From positions 1 to 64,000 of the IMG/VR virus record IMGVR_UViG_3300036766_000184: a stretch of 64,000 bases of DNA; one strand, written 5' to 3'. Below, one piece after another: positions 28,747 to 39,400 of the stretch. The position numbers and the translations under genes were made by a program. This DNA comes from a virus. Below the pieces are notes generated by a model. That model had not been told where the DNA came from. It saw nothing but the letters and a program-made list of their open reading frames with translations, and did not search any database. The first letter of the stretch is position 1, and each line of letters opens with the position of its first letter.

Positions 28747-29628
28747 GTGGCGATAAACGACCTCCTGTCGTATGAAGACGTTTTGGATCTCGTGCTCTCG
28801 AAGTCGAACGAGGAGACGGACGGCTCCTCCGACTGGGACCTCGAAGCGCGCGCGGCCGTGGTCGCCCAGCACCGCCGTCTCGTCAACCTCTTCCCGTGGG
28901 TCTGCCTGGAGAAGTCTCCGCCCGGGATGCTCCTGACCACGGCGGCGATCACGAGCCTGACGATCGCCGTCGCGGCGGCCGGGATCGGGGTCGCGGTGAG
29001 CCTCAGCGCGGTGCCGTCCCGAGACATCACGGGCGAGAAGATCACGCTCGGCAAGGACTACGTACTGCGCGTGCTCTCGGGCGGCACGACCGCGACCCCG
29101 GTCGTCGACATGGTGCCGGAAGTGATCGCCTCCGGGACGGCCTGCACGATCTATCAGGACGAGTACACCCTGGCGAGCGACTTCAACATGCTCGTCAACG
29201 GCCTCTGGACCCGCGGTGGGCGCTTCATCCCGGTCACCGATGACGAGCGGACCCGCCGCACCGCCTGGGGCCCGGCTCCGTCGCAGCAAGGCTGGCCGCC
29301 CCGTATGGCGACCATGGTGGGCCCCCAGCGCATCCGCATCTCGGGCTGGGACACGCAGCGCCACCCGATCGAGTACCCCTACACGTATAACCCCGGCGAT
29401 CCGTCCGGAACCGGCGCGATGACGATCGAGCCCAGCTTGCGCGTCCTCCTGGTCTCCATGGCGCTCCCGGAGGTCCTCGATCTCAAGCGCGGGTTTTCGG
29501 AGTCGCTCAAGCTGCGCCAGTTCGAGCCGGGCCTGATCGAGGAAGCCAAGGACACGGATCATCGCCGCCGGCGCGGTGGAGAACTCGGTCGCCTGAGCCG
29601 CGAGCAGTCGGAAAGCCCGTGGGCCTAA
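28747..29628 (+). CDS. Putative head-tail adaptor
   Basis: Position; motifs FPWVCLE, YQDEYTLASDF and GWPPR. Confidence 0.55.
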   Translation: MAINDLLSYEDVLDLVLSKSNEETDGSSDWDLEARAAVVAQHRRLVNLFPWVCLEKSPPGMLLTTAAITSLTIAVAAAGIGVAVSLSAVPSRDITGEKITLGKDYVLRVLSGGTTATPVVDMVPEVIASGTACTIYQDEYTLASDFNMLVNGLWTRGGRFIPVTDDERTRRTAWGPAPSQQGWPPRMATMVGPQRIRISGWDTQRHPIEYPYTYNPGDPSGTGAMTIEPSLRVLLVSMALPEVLDLKRGFSESLKLRQFEPGLIEEAKDTDHRRRRGGELGRLSREQSESPWA

Positions 29629-29632
29629 CCTG

Positions 29633-31210
29633 ATGTGGGATGATACGCAGGATCTGAAGATCGTACTTGGGCGTGAGGGTTTTTTTGGTCTCCGGCAGCG
29701 CGACAGAATAGCGTTGGGCGGCCTCGTCACTCTTCGTAACGCCACCCTGGAAGACAACACGCTGCGCACCGTCGGGGGGGCCTCGAAGTTCGGCATCCCC
29801 GTCACGGGCGCGCCGCATGTCTTGGGCTGCCACGATTACTGGGAAGACCCGATCACTCAGCGCAACGTCGTGATGGGGTCCGATGGCAAGCTCTGGGAAG
29901 ACGACGGGGCGGCCGGGGCGTGGGCTGATGTCACCGGGGCGCTCGGTGCGCTGACCGTGACGGGGGCGGTGCCGCACTTCTCGGACGGTGGGAAAGAGAC
30001 CACAGGGCTGAGCCGGGCTCTGTTCTACGCCGATGGCGTCAACGCGCAACGGGTCCGGCGCGGGTCCGGGGCCTTCGCGGCCTTGACCAACCCGGCCCCT
30101 GAGTGGGCGGGCACGAACCGGCCCCGCGGATTCTTCATCAACCAGCAATACAACTGGGCTTTCGGCAACCCGAGCTTCCCGCACCACCTGATCCGGTCGC
30201 TCGACACGAACCACGAGAACTTCACCGCGACCCCGTTCGCGGCGCCGATCTTCCCCGGTCAGGGGCTCTACATCTCGTGCTGCCTGGACTTCAAGGGCCT
30301 CATCATCGTGTGGAAGTTCCCGGAAGGGGTCTACGCCTACGACACCCGGGACGCCGATTCCTCGAAGTGGTACGCGGTCAAGGTCGGGTCCGGTGGGTGC
30401 CCGAGCCCGACCGGGGCCGAGGTGGTCGAGAACGACGTGATCTGGGTCGATCTCACGGGCGGCCTCCATCTGCTATCGGCCGTGCAGGAAACGGGCTCGG
30501 TCAAGGCCGAGGATCTGTCCTACAAGAAGTTGTCCCGCTACATCCCGGACAAAATCAGCCGGCCGATGCTGACGCGGTGCCAGTTGCGCTACAACCCGGA
30601 TCGCCAGAAAGTCGTCCTGGCCTGTGCCGCACAAGGGTCGACCACGCTCAACCGGCGACTGACGCTGGACTACAACAACAAGGCCGAGGTCGGCGAGCGC
30701 TGGATCATCGAAGACCGGGATGTCAACGAATCCCTCTTCATGCGACGCGACGCAGCCGACAACGTCCTCAAGCCGATCATGGGCGATGACGTCGGGCAGC
30801 TCTGGAAGCTCGACACGGACGCGCGGACCAAGGACGGCGCGGGTTATACCTTCGAGTGGTGGACCGCCGACTCGGATTTCTCGCAGCTTGCGCCGACCTT
30901 CATGGGCAAGTCGATCAACGGGGCCTATATCCAGTTGGTCTACGATCCGCGCGGCTCGGTCGATCACACGATCCGGGTCTGGCGGGACGGGACGATGCGC
31001 CAGTCGATCCCCTTCACGCTGAGCGGCGGGGACAACACACTCCCCTTCGTGTTCCCGATCGTCTTCGGGGCTTCCACGATGATGGCGACGCGGAAACGTC
31101 GGTTGCTCGGGTCTGCGCGCCGCTGGGCGTTCCAGGGGTTGTCGAGCGCGACGGGCGCGGATGTGTCGATTGCGGGACTGATCCTCGGGTTGCACGTTGG
31201 GCGGGAATGA
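29633..31210 (+). CDS. Putative tail nozzle/stabilisation protein (beta-propeller)
   Basis: Size, beta-rich composition, GGCPSP...ENDVIWVD motif, position after the adaptor. Confidence 0.65.
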   Translation: MWDDTQDLKIVLGREGFFGLRQRDRIALGGLVTLRNATLEDNTLRTVGGASKFGIPVTGAPHVLGCHDYWEDPITQRNVVMGSDGKLWEDDGAAGAWADVTGALGALTVTGAVPHFSDGGKETTGLSRALFYADGVNAQRVRRGSGAFAALTNPAPEWAGTNRPRGFFINQQYNWAFGNPSFPHHLIRSLDTNHENFTATPFAAPIFPGQGLYISCCLDFKGLIIVWKFPEGVYAYDTRDADSSKWYAVKVGSGGCPSPTGAEVVENDVIWVDLTGGLHLLSAVQETGSVKAEDLSYKKLSRYIPDKISRPMLTRCQLRYNPDRQKVVLACAAQGSTTLNRRLTLDYNNKAEVGERWIIEDRDVNESLFMRRDAADNVLKPIMGDDVGQLWKLDTDARTKDGAGYTFEWWTADSDFSQLAPTFMGKSINGAYIQLVYDPRGSVDHTIRVWRDGTMRQSIPFTLSGGDNTLPFVFPIVFGASTMMATRKRRLLGSARRWAFQGLSSATGADVSIAGLILGLHVGRE

Positions 31211-32379
31211 GAGGGGTGATCGCTGTGAGACGGATCGGACTGGTACTCGGCCTTATCATGGCGCTCGCGCTCGGTGTCGCGGGGACCGTGTCCGCAGGAA
31301 ACTGCGGGACGTATTCCACGTACTCCACCGGGTCAAGTTTTGGCGCCGCCGACATCAACGGCATCCAGATTCTCCTGGGCCAAACAAACATGACGCCACT
31401 CTGCGTCTCGCCATACGCGGCCACCGCTGGCCAGATGCAGACGACGACCGACCCCTATCCCGCAGGGGCCGTGAGCCTGCCCACGAGTCTTCAAGGCGAA
31501 CTGACCGGCCTCCGCCACGTCATCAAGCAGCTCACGGGCTGGACCTACTGGTACACCCACACGGACGACTTCACCCGGAACGCGACGTGGAACACGCTCG
31601 GGCAGAGCTTCTGCGCGTTCTGCGTGAACATCACCGACACGGCGAGCCATCCGATTTCTAGGTTCATCGACCTCGTGATCGTGGGCACCGGCTCGAAGTT
31701 CTCGGTCGACAAGGCCGGGAATACGGTGATCGGCGGGACGTTGGCGCTCACAGGCGCGTTCACGGGCACGATCCCGGTCACGGCATTCAACAGCGGCACC
31801 GGCGCGTCGGCCTCGACCGTCCTGCACGGCAACAGCACGTGGGGCGCGGTCAATCTCGCCTCCCAGGTCACCGGCAATCTTGGGGTCGCCAACCTCAACA
31901 GCGGCACCGGAGCATCCTCGGCGACCTTCTGGCGTGGTGACGGCACGTGGGGCGCGGCGGGCGCGGCGGTCGTCCAGATCAAAAGCGCGACCTATTCAAC
32001 GGCGGGTACCGCGACTGGAACGACGCTGACCGATAGCGGCCTCTCGGTAACCATCACGCCGACGAGTGCCAGCAATAGCGTGCGCATCACGGCGGTCCAG
32101 AACGGAGTCAGCGTCAACACGGCGGGCCAGTGGGGGCTCTTGAGGCTCCTGCGGGGCGCGGGCGTCATCGCGTCCACGCTGCAATACGGCGGCTCAATCG
32201 CGACCGCCTTCGGGTCGGTCACGGTTGTCATCGGCCCGTACTGTGATAGCCCGGCCACCACTGGGGCCACGACCTACAAGACCCAGTACGCGGGCAGCGC
32301 GGGCGGGGTCAGTATCTCTGTGCAGGACTCATCGTCGACATCGTTCATCGTCGCGGAAGAGGTGACCTCATGTTCGTAA
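31207..32379 (+). CDS. Tail fibre with signal peptide
   Basis: SLQGELTGLRHVIKQLTG..WY docking motif, NSGTGASSATFWRGDGTW repeats, VVQ...SVTITPTSASN tip domain. Confidence 0.75.
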   Translation: MRGVIAVRRIGLVLGLIMALALGVAGTVSAGNCGTYSTYSTGSSFGAADINGIQILLGQTNMTPLCVSPYAATAGQMQTTTDPYPAGAVSLPTSLQGELTGLRHVIKQLTGWTYWYTHTDDFTRNATWNTLGQSFCAFCVNITDTASHPISRFIDLVIVGTGSKFSVDKAGNTVIGGTLALTGAFTGTIPVTAFNSGTGASASTVLHGNSTWGAVNLASQVTGNLGVANLNSGTGASSATFWRGDGTWGAAGAAVVQIKSATYSTAGTATGTTLTDSGLSVTITPTSASNSVRITAVQNGVSVNTAGQWGLLRLLRGAGVIASTLQYGGSIATAFGSVTVVIGPYCDSPATTGATTYKTQYAGSAGGVSISVQDSSSTSFIVAEEVTSCS

Positions 32380-32708
32380 TACTCGCGCTCGCCGTGCTGT
32401 TCGTGACCACGCCCGCGTGGGCGCTCGATGCCAAGGCCATCGCAACGACGATCACGGGCCAGTGCCCGGACGCCGAGTTTTCCTATCAAGGTGACGGGTC
32501 CTCGCTCGGCGCGCACACGGCGGCGAACGGCGACAAGGCCACGGGGCTCACATGGATCGCGTCATCGACCTGTCCCACGAGACCGACACTGGCTGAGATT
32601 CAGGCGTGGGCCGCCGCGAAGCCAGCCCCGGAGAAGATCGCGGATCGTATCGAGGCTGCCAAGACGTTGAACGACCTGAAGGTCATCCTCAAGGAGCGCC
32701 TGAAGTGA
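32370..32708 (+). CDS. Fibre-associated (XkdW/chaperone-like) protein with signal peptide
   Basis: MFVILALAVLFVTTPAWA-; W...PTRPTLAEIQAW. Confidence 0.55.
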   Translation: MFVILALAVLFVTTPAWALDAKAIATTITGQCPDAEFSYQGDGSSLGAHTAANGDKATGLTWIASSTCPTRPTLAEIQAWAAAKPAPEKIADRIEAAKTLNDLKVILKERLK

Positions 32709-32959
32709 TGAGAATGGTGCTCCTCTCGGCCCTCGCGGCTATCCTACTGGTCGTGGGTGCCGCGCAGGCGCAGGCCCCACCGGCGGGGTCGACGTGCGAA
32801 GGTAAGCTCGAAGAGCAGTCGATCATGCTGCAAGCGGTGTCGGCGGGGCGGATTCGGGCCGAGGCCGAGAGCGCGGTGGAGATCGCCCGACTCCGCCAGC
32901 AGGTGCGGGAACTGGCCAAGAAGCTGGACGACGTTGCCCGGACGGGCAAGGGGAACTGA
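32708..32959 (+). CDS. Small coiled-coil protein with signal peptide
   Basis: MRMVLLSALAAILLVVGAAQA-. Confidence 0.6.
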   Translation: MRMVLLSALAAILLVVGAAQAQAPPAGSTCEGKLEEQSIMLQAVSAGRIRAEAESAVEIARLRQQVRELAKKLDDVARTGKGN

Positions 32960-34726
32960 GTGGCTGACGACGAACTCGACTTCAACACGTTCGGGCAGGA
33001 CAGCAACGCCGGGAGTGTCGATCAGCTTGAATCCGCGTTCCAGCAGCAGCACGCCAACAACGCCGACAACTTTGTCACCACGATCCCGTCGAGCACGAAC
33101 TTCTCCCTAACGCGACCGGACGGAACGACGGTCTCCCCCGCCGACTACTCGTTGATGGTCGGCAAGCTTGCGGTCGCCCCGGAGATGCAGGGTCTCGTGG
33201 TCGACAAGGCCGGGAACGTCTTGAACTCGGACGGGACACCGCTCAATCCATCTCAGAAAGATGGGCTACTCAAGACCCTCGGGAGCTTCTTCGACTCCTC
33301 CACGGGGCGCCTGATCGGTTCTCTTGCGCTCGGGGCGGCCGGGATGGGCCTCGGCAAGCTGGTGGCGGGTCCCGGCGGTACTCTCACGCTGCCCTCGACC
33401 ACGGCGGGACAGAACCCGGTCGTCGCCGCGGCGCAGCCGCAGTTGCTCGCCTCGCTGGCCGGTCAGGGCGGGGCCGATCTCAAGTCGGCCCTCGATGCGA
33501 ACTTCGCCGGGCAGAAGACCCTCGCCTCGGCCTCCACCGAAGACATCGCGCGCGCGAGTGCCGCCAACGCCCAGATCGAGGCACAGTCGGCCCCACTGCG
33601 CTCTCTGGCTGCGGCAAACCTCCCCGGCTATATGACCGGCACGGCCCCCCACCCGTCTGCGGCCTACGACGCCACCACGAGTGCCGCGATGGCCCAGATG
33701 GAGAAGCTGCTCGGCCTGCCGACCGGCACGCTGACGGGGGCTGGCGCTGCGGCGGGCGGCGGCGGCATCACGGACGACCAGTTCACCGCGAAGGGCATCT
33801 TCGATCCCGGACTGCGCAATATCATCAGAACGGATCCGACCGAAGCCTACAACTACGGCCTCGGCCCGAACCCTGCGACGACGCCTGGCGCGGCCGACAC
33901 GACCGCCCCGGCGGGTGTGACCCAGGACTCGCTGCTTCCGGCCATCACGGACAAGCTCAGCAAGACGATGGCTGGCGGCCCCGCAGCCTACTACAGCGCG
34001 GACCCGGTGCAGGCCCAGATGGCAGCGCGGCTTCAGAACGCGCTCGCGGGAGGGGAACTGGACCCGGCGACCGAGCGCAGCATCCGGGAACAGCTCGACA
34101 TCCTGCACAACAACCTCAAGCGGGCCTACGGGGACGCGGGGGCCGAGTGGAACTCGACGGTCGGGCAGAGCCTCGCGGCCAAGAGCGCCGAGTCGGTCGC
34201 GGCCCTGCGGTACGGAGTCAACCGAGATGTCGTGAACTCGCTCGGGCCTCAAGAGCAGGCGCGCCGGACCTTCGCGATCACGAACCCGCAGAATATGTAC
34301 CTGGCCGATCTCGGGTTCTACGGGGGCCAGCAGCAGCAGCGCAGTCAGTTGCCGGCCGCCGAGACCCGGGCCCTCCTGGCGCAATACTTCCCCACGGTCG
34401 CCCAGAACGCGGCCTTCAACGAGAACGCCCGTCAGGTGAACGTGGCCCAGAACGCCGCGATCACCGGACTCAATCGCCCCACGCTGGCGACCGGCTCGAA
34501 CGCGCTCGGGAACCAGATCACCTCGTTGTCGCCGCTGCTCGGTGTCAACGAGCCGAACGTGTTCCCGACTCTCGCGGCGGCGAGCACGAGCGCCTTCAAT
34601 GCGCAGCAGGCCGCCGATGCCGCGCAGGCCAAGAGCATCGCGGACATCTTCGGCAACGCGGCGGGCACGCTCAAGCCCGCCACGAACGTCACACTGGCGC
34701 CGACCGGCACCGGGATGTTCTCCTAG
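32960..34726 (+). CDS. Putative DNA ejection/pilot protein
   Basis: Ala/Gln/Gly-rich helical protein with a GAAGMGLG segment, at the podoviral ejection-gene position. Confidence 0.6.
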   Translation: MADDELDFNTFGQDSNAGSVDQLESAFQQQHANNADNFVTTIPSSTNFSLTRPDGTTVSPADYSLMVGKLAVAPEMQGLVVDKAGNVLNSDGTPLNPSQKDGLLKTLGSFFDSSTGRLIGSLALGAAGMGLGKLVAGPGGTLTLPSTTAGQNPVVAAAQPQLLASLAGQGGADLKSALDANFAGQKTLASASTEDIARASAANAQIEAQSAPLRSLAAANLPGYMTGTAPHPSAAYDATTSAAMAQMEKLLGLPTGTLTGAGAAAGGGGITDDQFTAKGIFDPGLRNIIRTDPTEAYNYGLGPNPATTPGAADTTAPAGVTQDSLLPAITDKLSKTMAGGPAAYYSADPVQAQMAARLQNALAGGELDPATERSIREQLDILHNNLKRAYGDAGAEWNSTVGQSLAAKSAESVAALRYGVNRDVVNSLGPQEQARRTFAITNPQNMYLADLGFYGGQQQQRSQLPAAETRALLAQYFPTVAQNAAFNENARQVNVAQNAAITGLNRPTLATGSNALGNQITSLSPLLGVNEPNVFPTLAAASTSAFNAQQAADAAQAKSIADIFGNAAGTLKPATNVTLAPTGTGMFS

Positions 34727-36480
34727 TGGCCGCACCGTTCTCGGTCGCCTACCCGAGTGCCGGGAACGCGGCGGGGTCGCAGTTCGTCGACAGCTACCTG
34801 CGCGCGAAGTCACTCGCGATCCAGGAGCAGAACGCGGACGCGCTCAATCAGTACCGGGCGCTTCAGATGCAGGAGATGCAGGAGGCCGCTGCCCGCCGGG
34901 CAGGGGACGAGCGCGCGCTGTCAGCGGTTGCCAATGCCCCGACGGGTCCGATTACGCTGGCGTCCGAACAGCGCACCCCCGGCGCGATCGTAACCCCCGC
35001 ATCGCCGGGCACCATGGCCGCCGAGGTCCCCGACGAGATGGGAGTCGCGCCGCCGATCTCGATGGCCGCGACGAACCCGACCGCGGAAGTCCGTGCGCCC
35101 GATCAGGTCACCCCAGCCATCACGACGCCGGGGATCGCCATGTCGGACATCACGAAGTCGCTCGCGGCCGATCCGAAGGCTCTCGCGGGTCTCGCAACCC
35201 CGCAGGCCGCGGCCCTCATGAAGCAGCGCGGCGTCCTGTCGAGCGCCGACATCGAGCGCAAGAAGAACCTCGCGGATGCCAAGACGGAAGCGATCGGCTA
35301 CCGGGACCAGATCCAGGAGATGATGAGCGGTCGCGACGTGGACCCGATCAAAATCGCGCTCACCCGGAAGGCGTACCACGAGAAGGCCGCGATGGTCTAC
35401 GCCGAGAGCGATCCCGCGCAGGCGCGCGAGCATCGTCAGGCGGCCGAGGCGTTCATGACCGAGGCGATCGGACTCTCGAACAACAAGCACGAGAATGATC
35501 TGGCGCGGGACGATCTCCGGTCCTTCAACGCCGCCGTGACGAAGTTCGACACCAAGGGCGGCAATACCCCGGAGAACATGAGCGCGGTGCTCGACGCCGT
35601 GGCGGACTTCCAGAGCAAGGGCTTGGGCGCGACCCGGACGGCGTTCATCAACCACAAGCTGACGAACATGATCGCCTCGATCCAGGACCCGGCCTACAAG
35701 GAGTTCGTCTCGGGCGTCGTGCAGAGCATGAACGCCCAGACCGGCACGCAGGATCTCCACAAGGCGTTCCTGGCTCAGAGCCTGATCGACCCGGACACCA
35801 TGACGCGCATGATCGGCGACAAGGGGCACTTCGGGGACTGGGCCCGCAAGGCACTCTCACCGGATCGGACGCTGAGCCTGAGCGCAGTCGGGGTCGCCCA
35901 GAAGCGAGTGGACGCGGAGATCGCGGCCGGGAGTCGGCCGGGCGTCGAGCAAGGGTCGGCCGCCTACTGGAAGCTCGTCAGTCAGTTCGCGCAAGAGGGT
36001 GTCAACGCCCGCGATGCGAGCCGTCACGACGACGCTGAGCGCCGACGCAGCCTCCAGCTTTATGACCGGGAAATCGCGATCCACAAGAGCGAACTGGGGC
36101 GGATTCGTGCCGATCTCAAGGCCATTGAGAAAACCCCCTACGCCGAGCGAGCGGCGCGGCGCAAAGAGTTGACCGAGCGGGAAGCCGAAGCCGACCGGCT
36201 GCTGAAAGAAGCGGAGAGCGGCCTCGCGGCATTCAAGAAGACGGCCGAGCCCACAGACTCAGGCGAGCGCGCCGACCTTGAGCAACAGGTCAAGGACGCC
36301 AAGGGCTCGACGGCCGCGTCTGCGCAAGGCACGGCGGCGGCGACCTTCGAGTCGGCCCCGCCCGCGTCCAAGAAGGCGGCCGTCATCGCCATGACGAACG
36401 CGCTCTTTCCGAAGCGCACATGGCCGCAGTTGAACGAACAGGAGCGGACGACAGTTCTCGGTCGCCTCACGGGCCGCTAG
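34726..36480 (+). CDS. Putative DNA ejection protein
   Basis: TAGTG-coupled start; helical/coiled-coil composition. Confidence 0.6.
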   Translation: MAAPFSVAYPSAGNAAGSQFVDSYLRAKSLAIQEQNADALNQYRALQMQEMQEAAARRAGDERALSAVANAPTGPITLASEQRTPGAIVTPASPGTMAAEVPDEMGVAPPISMAATNPTAEVRAPDQVTPAITTPGIAMSDITKSLAADPKALAGLATPQAAALMKQRGVLSSADIERKKNLADAKTEAIGYRDQIQEMMSGRDVDPIKIALTRKAYHEKAAMVYAESDPAQAREHRQAAEAFMTEAIGLSNNKHENDLARDDLRSFNAAVTKFDTKGGNTPENMSAVLDAVADFQSKGLGATRTAFINHKLTNMIASIQDPAYKEFVSGVVQSMNAQTGTQDLHKAFLAQSLIDPDTMTRMIGDKGHFGDWARKALSPDRTLSLSAVGVAQKRVDAEIAAGSRPGVEQGSAAYWKLVSQFAQEGVNARDASRHDDAERRRSLQLYDREIAIHKSELGRIRADLKAIEKTPYAERAARRKELTEREAEADRLLKEAESGLAAFKKTAEPTDSGERADLEQQVKDAKGSTAASAQGTAAATFESAPPASKKAAVIAMTNALFPKRTWPQLNEQERTTVLGRLTGR

Positions 36481-36481
36481 T

Positions 36482-39400
36482 ATGGCCGTCACCATCCGCG
36501 ACATCGACGCGCTCTTCGACGAAGAGCCGAAGAAAGACAGCGCGGCCTCAGCGCCCGCCACAACCCCGGCAGCACTCGCACCGCCCATAACGACGGTCGG
36601 GGACATTGACAAGCTCTTCGCCGAGTCGCCCGACGATTCAGCATCGACCTTCCCCGCGAGCACGCCGGAGATCAGGCAGGCCGAACTCGACCGGAACCTC
36701 CGCGACATCAAGGCCGGAAATGTCCCGCCGACCATCCAGGCCCCGATCGCCGCGGTCGATCCTGCGACGGGTGTCCCGCTCGACATGCCATCCCCGACAC
36801 CACCCGTGACATCGGGCGAACCCGGCATCCTCACGCGCCTCGGTCGTGCCGCGCGCAACGTCATCATGGGCACGCCAGCCGCCGCCCAGCCCGCGACACG
36901 TGATGGCTCCGGGGGCGTCATCGAGCCGCCGCCGAGTCAGGCTGAGGTGCGCGCGACCGCGCCGGGTGGAGGGCCGTTGGTCACACCACCTCCGGCGACA
37001 CCTGCGGTCACTACGCCGATCGTCTCAGCGTCTACGGTGCCGGCGCCTCCTGCCCAGCGCTCATCCACGCAGCCGGTGTTCACACCACCCGCACCCGTGA
37101 CGCCGGAGAATCCTCTTCCCGAGTGGGCGGTCGAGCGCAATAAGATCACGCCGACCCCATCCAGCGCTCCCGTCATCAACTCGGTCAGGGACCTCGCGCC
37201 TCATGTCGCCGATCTTGTCGCGCCGCCGATCAATGCACGTCCCGCTATCGAGGATGCTGGTCAGCAACTCGACGCCTTCAGGGCTCGACTTGACCAGGAG
37301 CATACGGCCCTTGTGGCGGAGCGGTCTGCGCTGAATGCTGCGCGCGCGAGCCTTGAGTCGCGCCTCGGGCAATCACGAGCCCCAGGAGCACGAGCGGCCA
37401 TCGAGGCTGAGGTCGCCAGCTACAACGAGCGCGAGGGGGTATTCAGCCAGCGCAGGGGGGCCTTCGGAATTGCCGCCGAGAGTTTCAACGCTCGCGCGGA
37501 TAGGCTCAGGGCGCTGGACAAGGACGAGTCGTCGCGTGGCGGGATCGTTGAGCGTGGGACGCGCGCCGCCGTTGAAGCGCAGCGCAGCGGCATCAGTCGA
37601 GCAGCGCAAGCCGTCACCTCGCTGGGCGAAATCCCCTTGTACGCGGGGCCGGGCTCAACGAGCGAGCGGGTCAATGTCCCCAATATCGTCTGGCAAGCCT
37701 CCCTCAATCTCGCCAACGGGCTGTTGCAGGCCGGCGCAGCACCAGCCATTGGCGTTGGAGCGGCGGGCCGGGCGGCCCTTGAAAAGGCAGATCCAGAACT
37801 CGCGAGCACGACGCTTGTCGGCGACGACGCGACGGCGCGTGGCATCCGACTCGGATTGATGCCGACAGAAATCCCCGTGGATCGCACCCCCGAGGAACAC
37901 GCCGCCCTTGGTGCGCCGATCACCGTCGGGGAAGCCGTCGAGATCCTCGGTGCCCTCGGCACGATCATGGGTATCGGGCGCATCGCGTCGAGCAACACGC
38001 GCTACGTGATTAACTGGGGTCGGCCTGGCCCGAGGTTCGGTCGCATTGAGCCGATGAAGGCCCTGCCACCAGCGCCACCCGAGGCGCTCTCAGGCGTGGT
38101 CGCTCGCCCTGAGCCGGTCGGTCCATCTGGATCAGCCCCCACCATCGACCTGACCGTGACACTCGGCGACATCTCGTCTGCCCGCGCGGGCAAGGCGAAT
38201 CTTGCTGAGTCACTGGCGGATGCAGCGGTCAGCCGACTCAAACCGCTCCCCGCGGAATGGGATGCCGGTCGCCGTGTCTTCACGCTCACGGAAGACATCC
38301 CCGGCCATGCCCGCGGTGATGTCGTCAGCGCAACACAGGCCGCAGCGGAGGGCTATGACCCGTTGCGCCTTGCCGCGCGGACCAGCGCGACGCCGACCAC
38401 TCGGCCGGTCGCTACAGCGGCGCGTCCTGAGCCGATCCTCATCGAGTCCGAGCCAGCGGCGGCTGGGTCGGGGCCGCTTGCGCCGGCCGCAGAGGCAGCG
38501 AAGGCTCGGCTCGCGCAACGGGCACCGACGCCACCGTTCGGGCCATCAGAACCACTCGCGTCCACGGCCCCCGTCACCACCGAGGACATCGACGCGCTCT
38601 TCGTACCGCCCGCCAGAAACGAGCCGGAAACGACCCCCGAGTCGGCCGATCTCAAGCCCGCGCCATCGTTGACATCGCCGGGAAATCAACGGGGCGCCAT
38701 GACTCCGCTCACTCCCGAATCGGTGGCCGCCGCGCTGGAGGATGCGAACGGCAACTACATCACGGCTGCGGAGGCGCTCGCCGGGAGCGACAACCTCCTG
38801 AGCGTCCTGAACGCGGCGAATCAGGCCCGGAAACTCTCGCCCGAGTTCAACGACGCGATGGGCAACCGGCCCCGCACGGGCTCGATGCTCAAGGTGGAAC
38901 GGGACCGGCTCGCGCAAGAAGACCGCGGCGGATGGGACCTCAACAACGACAACGACCTGATCGCCTTCGTGAAGAGTAAGGGGGGTATCCGACCGGACCC
39001 CGGCGGGGACCTCTCCGAGAAATGGGAGGCGATCCCGAAGGAACTGCGGAGCAAGACCAAGGGGCTCACGCCGTCGCAGATGGCGGAAGTCGTCAACGAA
39101 TCCCTCGGACGCGAGCGCAACACGAATGTCATCAACGACGCGGAGATCCTGCGCCGCTTGTCGAAGTCGACGGTGCGCGGCGGAGCGCGCGGCCAGCGTG
39201 AAGAGGTTGACCGTGCGCAGGCCGAGCAGGAACGTCAGGCCGCCGATGCCCACGCGCGCTTCATGGACATGCCGGAAGCCGAACAGATCGCCGCGCTTCG
39301 TGATATGACCGGGGCCTCGGAGGCGGATGCGCGAGCGCTTCTCAAGGCCCGACAGGATGCCGCGAGGCCCGTCGAGTTCCTGTCCGACAAAGACGAACCG

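Noticed and set aside
26932-29805. Long minus-strand ORFs (957 aa here; also 16086-18383, 33266-34813, 38546-40387)
   Set aside because: Antisense shadows of GC3-biased plus-strand genes; Arg-rich and lacking recognisable motifs.
30244-30254. 11-nt match to the start of the TnpB guide inside a tail gene
   Set aside because: Too short and plausible by chance in GC-rich DNA.
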